Shown: one piece after another, positions 19,254 to 29,088 of the stretch
Layout of the letters: every line of letters begins with the position of its first letter
How positions within the stretch are numbered: position 1 is the first letter of the stretch
NCBI GenBank assembly: GCA_965198065.1
Contig: CBDAON010000004.1
Span: forward strand, 320,001-384,000
Direction: 5' to 3'
Length of the DNA: 64,000 nt
DNA from: Longimicrobiales bacterium
GTDB taxonomy: Bacteria; Gemmatimonadota; Gemmatimonadetes; Longimicrobiales; Gaopeijiaceae
Position numbers and translations under genes: made by a program
Notes under the pieces: generated by a model
Told to the model about the DNA's origin: nothing
Database searches by the model: none
The model's input: only the letters and a program-made list of their open reading frames with translations

Positions 19254-20632
19254 AAGCGAACCGCGTCCAGGAACCCCGTCACGCGGACGCGCTCCGTTTC
19301 GGGCATCGTGCTGCCCGTCTCGGCCTCCTCACGGAGCGGCACGAAGCGGAGCACCGTATCGGTCACGTCTTCGAACGCCCGACCGCGTGTGGGCGCCGCC
19401 ACGAGTCCCGGGACCGCCTCCACGATGTCGGGGAACGTCCGGAAGGCCGCGCGACGGACGAGGGCGAACCCGTCCGATCCCGCGGAAGACTCGCGGGATG
19501 GCGGGATGGGCGGGCCGCCGTCGGGGGACAGGGAGACCTCGACCCCCAGGTCTCCCACGGCCTCGCGCGCGCTCGCCAGGACGCACTCTAGGGTGTTCCA
19601 CGGAGCGATCCCGACCTCTAGGTCGGCCGTGGCCCGGGGCCGCGACGGCTCCGCGCCCTGGCTCGCGTCGGACCTCAGGGCCGCGAACGTCGTCCGGACC
19701 ACCGGCTCGAGCTCGGCCCTCTCGGCGAGAGCGCGGGCCACGGGCCCCTCCAGGAGCCAGAGGTTCGCGGCGAGCATTCGAGATCCCGGGTCCAGATGGG
19801 GCCCCAGGGTCACGAGCTGATCTCGGGTCGGTCCCGTGAGGCGCGCCGGGAGGCGCGCCTCCTCAAGCCGCAACACGGCCTGGTTGATCGGTTCCGCCGC
19901 TCCCGGGCTCCCCGGGACACCGGCGGAAGGCGGCCCGCTCACCCGGAGGACCGCCCGCCCTCTCTCGGCCGTGCCGACCACCGCTACCGGATCCGAAAGG
20001 CCCGGCATAAGCGCGGTCCGCACCATGGAGCCGCCGACCAACGCCCACACCGGCCGGACCCCTCGACGCGCCAGGTGGGCCGCCACGGCCCCCGCGCCCG
20101 CCCCGGACCGGGAGCCATCGCGCGTGAGCGCCACGAGGACGGTGCGCCGCGGGCGGAACCCGTCGCCCAGGAGCAAGTCCATCGCCTCGAGCAGGGCCAG
20201 GGCGGGGGCCGCCACCGAACGCGCCCCCCGGCCCTGCGCGTATCCACCCTCGATCGGGCCGGGGCCCCCCTCCGACGGTAGGCGCGCCGCCTCCGGCGGG
20301 GGCTCCGCCCCATCGCTCGGATAAAGGGAGACGGCAAGGAGGATCGGGGGAAGCCACGTGTCGGACCCCTCCCAGGTCAGGAGGACCGAGCCCCCGGCCA
20401 GCGTGTCCGCCGTGACAGGCCCTCCCGCGAACGCCGGGACCTCGACCCGGCCCACCCGGATCGCTTCGGACAGCCGGGCCACCACGCTCGCCTCGTCGAT
20501 CGAGAGGGCGACGGGCTCCACTTCGGGGGCGGCGGCCGCCTGGAGGCCCGCCATGCGGAAGACGAGGATCACCGTCACCATGCCCGAGATCACGAGAACC
20601 GTGACCAGGGCACGGAGCAGGAGAGTCTTCAG
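19220..20632 (-). CDS. M20 peptidase (carboxypeptidase S/PM20D1-like) homolog lacking metal ligands
   Basis: LLTWEGSD..LPPILL, GRGA, GFRPRRTVLVA, VGTAERG, RTT. Start uncertain; possibly CTG at 20632 overlapping the upstream TGA. Confidence 0.7.
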   Translation of the reverse strand: MKTLLLRALVTVLVISGMVTVILVFRMAGLQAAAAPEVEPVALSIDEASVVARLSEAIRVGRVEVPAFAGGPVTADTLAGGSVLLTWEGSDTWLPPILLAVSLYPSDGAEPPPEAARLPSEGGPGPIEGGYAQGRGARSVAAPALALLEAMDLLLGDGFRPRRTVLVALTRDGSRSGAGAGAVAAHLARRGVRPVWALVGGSMVRTALMPGLSDPVAVVGTAERGRAVLRVSGPPSAGVPGSPGAAEPINQAVLRLEEARLPARLTGPTRDQLVTLGPHLDPGSRMLAANLWLLEGPVARALAERAELEPVVRTTFAALRSDASQGAEPSRPRATADLEVGIAPWNTLECVLASAREAVGDLGVEVSLSPDGGPPIPPSRESSAGSDGFALVRRAAFRTFPDIVEAVPGLVAAPTRGRAFEDVTDTVLRFVPLREEAETGSTMPETERVRVTGFLDAVRFYAGLVRDGAG

Positions 20633-21369
20633 GGCGAATCCTCGCTCTCGGGCCAGAGTCCCAGGTTCAGGCCGCCCTCGAGGAGCGTCACCGACTGGTC
20701 GCCGCAGAGCGGAGAGTAGTCCCCGATCTCGCACCCTTCCATCTTGACTTGGTGGAAACGGAACCCCCCGTAAACGCTGACGGGGAACGGGCCGGGCACC
20801 GGAAGCCTTCGATGGAGCTCGAAGACGATCACGCTTCCGTCCGCCCCGCGGCTCCACGCCAGGCGGCCGCGGCCCGCGTCCGCGGGGGGCACCACCACGG
20901 AACGGCCCGTCATGCTCCCGATCCCGACCGACGTCACGACCCCCGCGGTCCGCCCGACCCCCGCCCGCATCGCCCAGTTCTCGCCTCCCCCCCGGAACAT
21001 GAGCATGAGGCTCGTAAAGTCCACGTCGGTCTCCGCGGCGACGTCTTCCTTGAGGCAGTCCTCTCCTGTGACCCCGCAGGTCACGCGGTACACATCTGGA
21101 GACGGCGCAAGGCGGTCGAACTCGATCCCGATCCCCATCCCGTTCGGAAGGAAATAACGGAGGCCCGCCCCGAACCCGTCGGTGAACCCCACCTCGTCCA
21201 CGCTGGAGTAACCCATGCCGCCCGCGACCCGGATCTCCTGCGCAACCGCGGGAGAGCCCGCGCCGGACACGGCCAGCACGGCCGAGAGGAGAAGCCCGAT
21301 GGGGCGAACCCCGAAGCGAGAGGAGGCCACGGGGCCGCGTTCTCCGAACACGTTCTGCATGGTCGGCAT
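20629..21369 (-). CDS. Secreted/outer-membrane beta-barrel-like hypothetical protein with Cys-pair loops
   Basis: Signal peptide ...AVAQ, alternating hydrophobic strands, CGVTGEDC and CEIGDYSPLC. Confidence 0.65.
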   Translation of the reverse strand: MPTMQNVFGERGPVASSRFGVRPIGLLLSAVLAVSGAGSPAVAQEIRVAGGMGYSSVDEVGFTDGFGAGLRYFLPNGMGIGIEFDRLAPSPDVYRVTCGVTGEDCLKEDVAAETDVDFTSLMLMFRGGGENWAMRAGVGRTAGVVTSVGIGSMTGRSVVVPPADAGRGRLAWSRGADGSVIVFELHRRLPVPGPFPVSVYGGFRFHQVKMEGCEIGDYSPLCGDQSVTLLEGGLNLGLWPESEDSP

Positions 21370-21464
21370 GCCGAAAGGTAGGGAAGCGGACGTCCCTCGA
21401 ACCAGGGGCCTGGGGGCGCGCGCGGGTGCCCACGAGCCGAAGGGCAGAGCCGGATCCGCCGCGC

Positions 21465-22958
21465 TCACCCCGCTCCCGGAGGTGGTCCCATGACGTCGGC
21501 GAGGTCCACGACCGACGCATAGGGCACCCGCGCGACCATCCGGCGGACCGCCTCGTCCCCCTCGCCGGCCAGGAAAAAGATGGGCGTCCTGGCCTCCCGG
21601 CCGATCCCGTAACGGCTCGCCTTCATGCGCTCCCCCATGTCCCGCGCGAGGTCTCTCCCGGCGGGGCTCCATTCCGCGAGGCCGAAGCAGACCTGCCCGT
21701 TCGCGAGCCGGCCGGCCACGGGAAACTCAGCTTCGGCACCCCACAGGGCGCCGGCCTCTCGCGCCTGCGCCCCGAACGCCTCTTCGGCATGGTCACGGAG
21801 CCAGCGGCGGGCGATCTCCTCCATCCAGGACTGGTAGTGCCCTTTCAGCGTCGGTCCGATATGATGCCGCCACACGGTCTCCGCTCCCATCGTGGAGAGG
21901 AGGCTCCGGTGGGGGAGGACCCACCCGAACCAGAAGGCCAGGAACGGGTCTGCCAGCGCGTACCGCCGGGTCCGGCTGTGGGGACTGGCGTCCAGCGGAA
22001 GGTCCACGCGGACGAGCCCTTCCTCCTCCAGTCGGCGAAGATAGGGGGCAAGCTGGCCCCCGGAGTCGATCCCACGAGCCTTCTCCAGGGTCCCCGACCA
22101 GCTGAGCGGCCCGCGCGCGAGCGCGCGGAGCACGGCCGCGTACCGGGCGGGGCGTTGGAACGTGCGCTCGAGACGGCCGAGAGGCGCGTCGAAGAGGTCA
22201 CCGCCCGGGACGAGCACCCGCCCGATCACCGACGCCTCTAGACCACCTGCCTTGAGGCCCTTGGGCAGGTGCGCGGGGTCGTCCCCAAAGACGGCCCAGC
22301 GGCGAAACGCGTCCAGCGCGTCCCTCCCCCCGTGCCCCCACCCAGCGGTGCGGAAGGGCAGGGCCGGGAGCGCCAGCTCCAGGTCGGCCGGGCCTAAGGC
22401 CCCCTGGGGGCCGACCAGGGCCGCCAAGGTCCGGGGGTCCCGCGCCGTCAGGATTAGCCGGAGCGAAATGCTCCGCGACCGCGCGCTCTGGAACGCCTCG
22501 GCGATTACTCCGCCCAGCTTGCGCCTTGCGCCCAGCAGCGCTTCCATGCCGTCCAAGGTGAGGGCGAGCGGGCGGTCACCCTCCGTGCGGTCCACAATGC
22601 CCATGAGGACCGAAAGCCAGCCGCCCAGCCCCGACGCCATTGGAAGGACGCCCGGACGCTGAGGGGTCGGAGCCTCGCCCAGCGCGGCGTGGGCGATTGA
22701 CTGAAAGTCCTGGAGGAGCTCCGCCTCGGTCAGCTCGCAGGTCTCCAGATGGATGGCGCGCCGACCGCTCAGTGCCTGTCGAACGACCGCGGTCTTACCT
22801 CGTCCCCGCGGCCCGGTTACGACGATGAGTCGCGGGCCTCGGTGCCTCAGTGCGGCCCGGAGCCTGGCAAGCTCCGGCCCCCGCCCCAAGAGGGGCGAGG
22901 GAGCCGAGGCGAGGTTTGCGGCCACCGATGATTCCTCCGGGACCCGAGCCGAGGACAT
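21465..22958 (-). CDS. Archaeal-type ATPase with C-terminal DUF234/PD-(D/E)XK-like domain (degenerate)
   Basis: LGRGPEL, GPRGRGKT Walker A, YALADPFLAFWF, W...EF.V...GLAEW. Confidence 0.8.
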   Translation of the reverse strand: MSSARVPEESSVAANLASAPSPLLGRGPELARLRAALRHRGPRLIVVTGPRGRGKTAVVRQALSGRRAIHLETCELTEAELLQDFQSIAHAALGEAPTPQRPGVLPMASGLGGWLSVLMGIVDRTEGDRPLALTLDGMEALLGARRKLGGVIAEAFQSARSRSISLRLILTARDPRTLAALVGPQGALGPADLELALPALPFRTAGWGHGGRDALDAFRRWAVFGDDPAHLPKGLKAGGLEASVIGRVLVPGGDLFDAPLGRLERTFQRPARYAAVLRALARGPLSWSGTLEKARGIDSGGQLAPYLRRLEEEGLVRVDLPLDASPHSRTRRYALADPFLAFWFGWVLPHRSLLSTMGAETVWRHHIGPTLKGHYQSWMEEIARRWLRDHAEEAFGAQAREAGALWGAEAEFPVAGRLANGQVCFGLAEWSPAGRDLARDMGERMKASRYGIGREARTPIFFLAGEGDEAVRRMVARVPYASVVDLADVMGPPPGAG

Positions 22959-23129
22959 TTAGATAAATCATATTAGGCTAATTTTACTATATCCAAATAT
23001 CAAGCCTGAGGCCCTTACCAGAGTGCTCCCCCGTCCCTATACTCGTTCCCTGTCCCTGCGGCCGGCCCCCCCCCCGCATGTGACGCCGCTGGCACGAGGA
23101 CAACCTCTGACACTGAGGAAACCCTACAA

Positions 23130-24515
23130 ATGCGAACCGTCACCCCCTTCCGACGCTGTGCGGCCCTCGCGTTCCCCGTCCTCCGGAGCCTCTGGTTCCC
23201 AGGGCTCCTCCTCCTCCTCCAGGCGGGTGATCTGGCGGCACAGGAGGGCGAGATCTCCGGAGCGGACACGAGCTGGCTCCTCATCTCCACCGCGCTCGTC
23301 CTCCTGATGACCCCGGGACTCGCCTTTTTCTACGGAGGGCTCGCGAACTCGCGAAACGCGCTCAACACGATGATGATGAGCTTCATCGCCCTGGGCGTCG
23401 TGGGAGTGCTCTGGGCAGTGGTCGGCTACTCCCTGGCCTTCGTCGAGGGTGGGACAAGCTTCGTGGGAGGTGCATCGAGCGCTTTCCTCCGGGGGGTGGG
23501 CCTCGAGGCCAACGGCTCGATTCCGGACATCCTCTTCATGGCCTTCCAGGCCACCTTTGCGATCATCACGGCCGCGCTCATCTCGGGGGCCCTGATCGGG
23601 CGCATTCGGTTTGGCGCTTACGTCTTGTTCCTCGGGTTGTGGAGCATCCTCGTGTACTCCCCCGTGTGCTACTGGGTGTGGGGTGGGGGGTGGCTGGGCG
23701 AGCTTGGTGCTCTCGACTTCGCGGGCGGGACGGTCGTTCACGTGAACGCGGGAGCGGCGGCCCTGGCAGGGGCTGTCGTGCTCGGGAGCCGCTCGGAGTA
23801 CGGGAGACAGGCGTTCCTTCCCCACAACGTGCCCTTCGTGCTCCTCGGCGCCGCCCTCCTCTGGTTCGGCTGGTTCGGGTTCAACGGGGGGAGCGCGCTC
23901 GCGGCGGACGGGATCGCGGCGCTCGCCTTCGTGAACACCCTCCTCGCTCCGGCGGCCACGCTCGTAGTGTGGGCGTTTCTCGATCGCTTCCGCGCCGGGA
24001 AGCCCACCGCCGTCGGCGTTGCGACCGCAATCGTAGTTGGGCTCGTGGCGATCACCCCGGCGGCCGGGTTCGTCTCCCCGACGTCCGCTCTCCTCATTGG
24101 CGCGATCGCAGCCGTTCCGAGCTACTTCGTCCTGCAGTGGCGCACGCGCACACGGTTGGACGATTCGCTCGACGTCTTCGCGGCACACGGAGTCGGCGGC
24201 GCCACCGGAGCAATTCTGACCGGGGTCTTCGCCAGCTCAGCGTTCAACTCCGCAGGGTCCGGGCTTCTCTTCGACGGCAACGCGGGGATCGTCGGGACCC
24301 AAGCGATCGCCGTCCTGGCGGTCTTCGTCTATAGCGCCGTGGGAACGGTCATCATCCTGAAGCTGGTCGGGCTCGTGGTTCCGCTCCGTGGGACCGCCCA
24401 GGACGAGGGCGTCGGGATGGACATCCTGAACCACGGGGAGGAGGCGTACGCGCACGGCGAAGGCGCCGTTCTCCTCCTTCACGAGGAGATCAACGGGCCT
24501 GGCAAGGGTGCGTGA
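23130..24515 (+). CDS. amtB: Ammonium transporter
   Basis: LMTPGLAFFYGG, FQATFAIIT, DFAGGTVVH, WFGWFGFNGGS, DDSLDVFAAHG. Confidence 0.97.
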   Translation: MRTVTPFRRCAALAFPVLRSLWFPGLLLLLQAGDLAAQEGEISGADTSWLLISTALVLLMTPGLAFFYGGLANSRNALNTMMMSFIALGVVGVLWAVVGYSLAFVEGGTSFVGGASSAFLRGVGLEANGSIPDILFMAFQATFAIITAALISGALIGRIRFGAYVLFLGLWSILVYSPVCYWVWGGGWLGELGALDFAGGTVVHVNAGAAALAGAVVLGSRSEYGRQAFLPHNVPFVLLGAALLWFGWFGFNGGSALAADGIAALAFVNTLLAPAATLVVWAFLDRFRAGKPTAVGVATAIVVGLVAITPAAGFVSPTSALLIGAIAAVPSYFVLQWRTRTRLDDSLDVFAAHGVGGATGAILTGVFASSAFNSAGSGLLFDGNAGIVGTQAIAVLAVFVYSAVGTVIILKLVGLVVPLRGTAQDEGVGMDILNHGEEAYAHGEGAVLLLHEEINGPGKGA

Positions 24516-24594
24516 GTTTAGGGGGCCGCCGCTCAGGCCCGTCGCGTTCTCGCGCACGTCTCGAGGGCTGATCCTGACCACCGGAGAAAACGCC

Positions 24595-24954
24595 ATGAAA
24601 CTGATCAGGGCCATCATTCGCCCGGAGAAGCTGAACGACGTCATGAAGGCGCTCTTCCAGGCGGAAGTGCAGGGAATCACCGTGTGGCGCGTCCAGGGGC
24701 ACGGTGGGGAGACCTCTCCCGTGGCCACCTACCGGGGCACGACGGTCAAGATGGAGCTCACCGAAAAGGTGATGCTCGACGTTGGGGTCTCGGACCCCTT
24801 TAAGGAGCCGGTCATCCAAGCGATCCTCAAGTCCGCCCGCACGGGGGAGGTCGGAGACGGCAAGATCTTCGTGTTCCCAGTGGAAGAGGTGCACCGGATT
24901 CGCACGGGAGAGCGGGACCGGGCCGCGGTGACCCCTGTGGCAGTGAGCGGTTGA
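24595..24954 (+). CDS. glnK: P-II nitrogen regulator
   Basis: MKLIRAIIRPEKL, YRG, ARTGEVGDGKIFV, RIRTGE; follows amtB. Confidence 0.93.
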   Translation: MKLIRAIIRPEKLNDVMKALFQAEVQGITVWRVQGHGGETSPVATYRGTTVKMELTEKVMLDVGVSDPFKEPVIQAILKSARTGEVGDGKIFVFPVEEVHRIRTGERDRAAVTPVAVSG

Positions 24955-25190
24955 CGCCCCTGGCGGCTAGGGGCCCGGCACATGAGCCGAAACGTAGGCG
25001 GCGAAGGACCCGCGTGAGCAGGGTCGAGTGAAGGCCCTTCCGACGCACACGCCTGCGAAGGAGCATGGCGGGTCGCTCTCGAGGGCGCACCACCGCGAGG
25101 TAGAGGTCGTGTTCGGCAGGAGGGAGCCCCGGCCTCGAGCTAGGAGTGCCGAGAAGAGGAGCAGCTAACCCACAGGACTGAGAGAAGGCG

Positions 25191-26603
25191 ATGACAGCGC
25201 AGGAATTCTTCAAGTTTGCCAAGGAACACAGGGCCCAGATGGTGGACCTGAAGTTCGTGGACCTCCTCGGAAGCTGGCAGCACTGCACGTTCCCGATCGA
25301 GACCTGGGACGAGGGTACGTTCGCGGAAGGAGTGGGCTTCGACGGCTCGTCGATCCGCGGATGGCAGGGGATACACATGTCCGACATGATGGCGCGCCCC
25401 GACGCCACCACGACGAAGGTCGATCCCTTCTTCGACGAGCCGGTCGTCAGCGTCATCGCGGACATCGTAGACCCCGAGACCCGCGAGGATTACTCGCGCG
25501 ACCCCCGCCACGTCGCCCGGAAGGCCGAGGCGTACATGAAGAAGATCGGGATCGCGGACACCTGCTACATCGGTCCAGAGCCCGAGTTCTTCATCTTCGA
25601 CGAAGTGCGCTACGAGCAGACCCAGCACCGCGGCTTCTACGAGGTCGACTCGGTCGAGGGGGCGTGGAATACGGCCCGCTTCGAGGAGCCGAATCTCGGA
25701 CACAAGCCGGGCTACAAGGGCGGTTACTTCCCCGTGAGCCCCACGGATACCTACCAGAACCTCCGGACCGCGATGGTGATGGAGATGATGAAGATCGGGA
25801 TCGTGGTGGAGGCGCACCACCACGAGGTTGGCACGGGGGGGCAGGCGGAGATCGACATGAAATTCGCTCCGCTCGTTCACATGGCCGACCAGTTTATGTG
25901 GTACAAGTACATCACCAAGAACGTGGCGAAGGAGCACGGCAAGACCGTGACCTTCATGCCGAAGCCGATCTTCGACGACAACGGGAGCGGGATGCACATC
26001 CATGCGTCGCTCTGGAAGGGAGGGGAGCCCCTCTTCGCGGGGGACGGGTACGCGGGGTTGAGTGAGCTCGGCCTGCACGCGATCGGGGGGATCCTAAGGC
26101 ACGCGAGGGCGCTTCTGGCCTTCGCGGCGCCTACGTCAAACTCCTACCGTCGCCTGGTTCCGGGCTTCGAGGCCCCGGTGAACCTGGCGCTCTCCAAGCG
26201 GAACCGTTCGGCTTCTGTCCGGATCCCGATGTACACGCCGAACCCCAAGGCAAAGCGCCTCGAGTTCCGCTGCCCGGACCCGAGCTGCAACGGCTATCTC
26301 ACGTTCTCGGCGATGCTCATGGCCATGATCGACGGAGTCAAGAACAAGATCGACCCCGGGGCGCCGCTCGACCGCGACATCTACGAGATGACGGAGGAGG
26401 AGCTCGGAAGGACGGAGAAGACGCCGGCGTCCCTGGAGGAGTCGCTCCAGGCTCTGGAGGCCGATCATGAGTTCCTGACGCAGGGAGGAGTGTTCACCGA
26501 CGACCTGATCGGCACCTGGATCGATTGGAAGACGGAGATGGAGGTTCAGCCGCTCCGTCTCCGCCCGCATCCGCACGAGTTCTTCCTCTACTACGACAAC
26601 TAG
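25191..26603 (+). CDS. glnA: Glutamine synthetase type I
   Basis: [54 protein letters not shown] Tyr. Confidence 0.97.
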   Translation: MTAQEFFKFAKEHRAQMVDLKFVDLLGSWQHCTFPIETWDEGTFAEGVGFDGSSIRGWQGIHMSDMMARPDATTTKVDPFFDEPVVSVIADIVDPETREDYSRDPRHVARKAEAYMKKIGIADTCYIGPEPEFFIFDEVRYEQTQHRGFYEVDSVEGAWNTARFEEPNLGHKPGYKGGYFPVSPTDTYQNLRTAMVMEMMKIGIVVEAHHHEVGTGGQAEIDMKFAPLVHMADQFMWYKYITKNVAKEHGKTVTFMPKPIFDDNGSGMHIHASLWKGGEPLFAGDGYAGLSELGLHAIGGILRHARALLAFAAPTSNSYRRLVPGFEAPVNLALSKRNRSASVRIPMYTPNPKAKRLEFRCPDPSCNGYLTFSAMLMAMIDGVKNKIDPGAPLDRDIYEMTEEELGRTEKTPASLEESLQALEADHEFLTQGGVFTDDLIGTWIDWKTEMEVQPLRLRPHPHEFFLYYDN

Positions 26604-26610
26604 GAGCTGG

Positions 26611-26645
26611 GGGGGGGACGGCGCGGGACCCGCGCCGTCCCCCCC
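26611..26645 (+). terminator. Strong hairpin after glnA
   Basis: gggggggacggcgcgg/ccgcgccgtccccccc; no U tract. Confidence 0.65.
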
Positions 26646-26742
26646 TGGCAGAGGAAGGTCCAATAGAGGCCCCCCCCGGGGGTCGAAGGTTCTGACTCTC
26701 GGGCCCGGAAGCCCGCCGACCCCCAAACCCGACCTGCGTCCG

Positions 26743-28887
26743 ATGATATCCCCAGGGGTCCGGCCGAAGCCGAGCGAGAGCGTCGAGGTGGAACGCGTCT
26801 TCGGCGAGAGCACGTTCGGGCTCGTCGAGATGAAGGCTCGCCTCCCCGAGGGCTCTTTCCGCGCCCTCATGGCGACGATCGAATCGGGATCCGAGCTGGA
26901 CCCGTCCGTCGCGGACACCGTTGCGGTCGCCATTAAGGACTGGGCCCAGGAGCGGGGCGCTACGCACTACACGCATTGGTTCCAGCCCCTCACCGGCTTG
27001 ACGGCCGAGAAGCACGACTCCTTCCTGAACCCGACTCCGTCGAACCCGGGGCAGGCGCTCGCAGAGTTCTCCGGAAGGGAGCTGATTCGAGGCGAGCCCG
27101 CCGCGTCGTCGCTTCCCTCCGGCGGGCTTCGAACGACCTTCGAGGCGCGCGGCTATACGGCCTGGGACCCCACGTCCCCGGCGTTCATCACCGCCGGGCC
27201 TGGCGGGGCGACCCTCTGCATCCCGACGGCCTACTCCTCGTGGGCAGGTGACGCCCTCGATCAGAAGATCCCGCTCCTCCGATCCATCCATGCCCTCGAG
27301 CAGAACACGCTGAAGGCGCTCAAGCTCTTTGGCGTGGAGGCGCGAAGGGTCAGGGCGACCCTCGGTCCCGAGCAGGAGTTCTTCCTCGTGGACCAGGAGT
27401 TCTTCTACCGCCGCCCGGACCTGGTCACGACGGGGCGGACGCTCTTCGGGGCCAAGCCCCCGAAGGGGCAGGAGCTCGAGGACCATTACTTCGGGGCCAT
27501 TCCCGACCGCGTGCTCGAGTACATGCAGGAAGTGGAGATGGAGCTCTACCGCCTCGGCGTGCCCGTGAAGACCCGGCACAACGAGGTAGCGCCGGGGCAG
27601 TTCGAGATGGCATTCGTCCACGAAGAGGCCAACACGGCGGCAGACCATCAGCAGCTGATGATGTCCCACCTGCGTCGGATCGCGCCGCGATACGGCCTCG
27701 TCTGCCTCCTGCACGAGAAGCCGTTCGCGGGCGTGAACGGGAGCGGGAAGCACCTAAACTGGTCGTTTTACGCCGAGAGCCACAATCTCCTCGAGGCCGG
27801 CGACACCCCGCACGAGAACATGCAGTTCCTGTTCTTCTGCACGGCCGTGCTCCGCGCGGTGGATCGTCACCAGGATCTGCTTCGGGCGTCCGTGGCGTTC
27901 TCCGGAAACGACCTTCGCCTGGGTGGAGGGGAGGCCCCTCCCGCGATCGTCTCCGTGTTCCTGGGCGACCAGCTGACCGACATCTTCGAGCAGATCGCCG
28001 AAGGCGGACCGGCGACCCACTACCGGGGAGGGGGGCTCCTGGGGCTCGGCGTCCTCACCCTCCCCGACCTTCCCAAGCACGCGGGCGACCGGAACCGGAC
28101 CTCTCCCTTCGCGTTTACCGGCGACAAGTTCGAGTTCCGCGCCCTCGGAGCGTCGCAGAGCGTCTCGTTCCCGGCAACCGTCCTCAACACAATCGTGACC
28201 GAGTCGATCGACCACCTGCGTGCCGCGCTCGAGTCGGAAATGGGAACCGGAAAGGAGCTTCCGGCCGCGCTCGGCGCGGTGCTCACCGAGGCCCTGGAGG
28301 ACAGCCGGCGGATCATCTTCAACGGGGACGGCTACTCGCCCGCCTGGGCCGAGGAGGCCGAGCGCCGCGGCCTGTTGAACCTGTCGAATACGCTCGACGC
28401 CCTCCCGTATCTCGTGAAGGACAAGAACGCCGAGATCTTCGAGCGCTACGGGGTGCTCTCGAGGCGGGAGCTTGAGTCCCGCTACGACATCCTCCTCCAT
28501 CAGTACTTCCACACGATCAACATCGAAGGGGAGACCGTCGCCGAGATGGGACGAACCCGCTTTCTCCCGGCCGCGGTCCGCCACCTGAACGAGCTCCTCG
28601 ACGCGGTAAGTAAGGCGAAGGAGGCCGGCGTCAAGACGGCGGGCGTCGTGCGCATGGCCAAGGAGGTCGCCGGACTCGTCGACGAGCTCGAGGAGACCCT
28701 ATCTTCGCTCCGGAAGCAGAATGCCGAGTTGGGAGGGGAGGAGGTGAGCTCGAAGGTCGTCCACATGCGCGAGCACGTGCTTCCGGCAATGGAAGAGGTG
28801 CGAGAGGTGGTGGATCTCCTGGAAAAGCTCGTGCCCGAAGAGCTCTGGCCCGTTCCGAGTTACCGAGATATGCTGTTCATCCGCTGA
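26743..28887 (+). CDS. glnN: Glutamine synthetase type III
   Basis: [52 protein letters not shown]. Confidence 0.95.
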   Translation: MISPGVRPKPSESVEVERVFGESTFGLVEMKARLPEGSFRALMATIESGSELDPSVADTVAVAIKDWAQERGATHYTHWFQPLTGLTAEKHDSFLNPTPSNPGQALAEFSGRELIRGEPAASSLPSGGLRTTFEARGYTAWDPTSPAFITAGPGGATLCIPTAYSSWAGDALDQKIPLLRSIHALEQNTLKALKLFGVEARRVRATLGPEQEFFLVDQEFFYRRPDLVTTGRTLFGAKPPKGQELEDHYFGAIPDRVLEYMQEVEMELYRLGVPVKTRHNEVAPGQFEMAFVHEEANTAADHQQLMMSHLRRIAPRYGLVCLLHEKPFAGVNGSGKHLNWSFYAESHNLLEAGDTPHENMQFLFFCTAVLRAVDRHQDLLRASVAFSGNDLRLGGGEAPPAIVSVFLGDQLTDIFEQIAEGGPATHYRGGGLLGLGVLTLPDLPKHAGDRNRTSPFAFTGDKFEFRALGASQSVSFPATVLNTIVTESIDHLRAALESEMGTGKELPAALGAVLTEALEDSRRIIFNGDGYSPAWAEEAERRGLLNLSNTLDALPYLVKDKNAEIFERYGVLSRRELESRYDILLHQYFHTINIEGETVAEMGRTRFLPAAVRHLNELLDAVSKAKEAGVKTAGVVRMAKEVAGLVDELEETLSSLRKQNAELGGEEVSSKVVHMREHVLPAMEEVREVVDLLEKLVPEELWPVPSYRDMLFIR

Positions 28888-29088
28888 GGGATCGATCGGG
28901 GCATCGGGACGGCCAGGATCCGGGAAGCGTCGGAGGCCTCGACCCGGTGGGTACCCATGTGTTTCCTCAGTTCCTCACACGTGCGTTTCCCGGACTCCTC
29001 GACAATCGGCAGGGGGCGCCGTACACTTTTCGGGGGATTCGGAGGCACCGAGCCCAGCGGTTTCACGCCTAAACAGAGGTACCGGCCG

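Noticed and set aside
23090..23106. Sigma-54 promoter upstream of amtB (TGGCAC)
   Set aside because: The -12 TTGC element is absent at the required spacing.
24955..25190. Canonical glnA glutamine riboswitch
   Set aside because: The conserved P1 and E-loop nucleotides are not recognisable; kept only as an unclassified structured leader.
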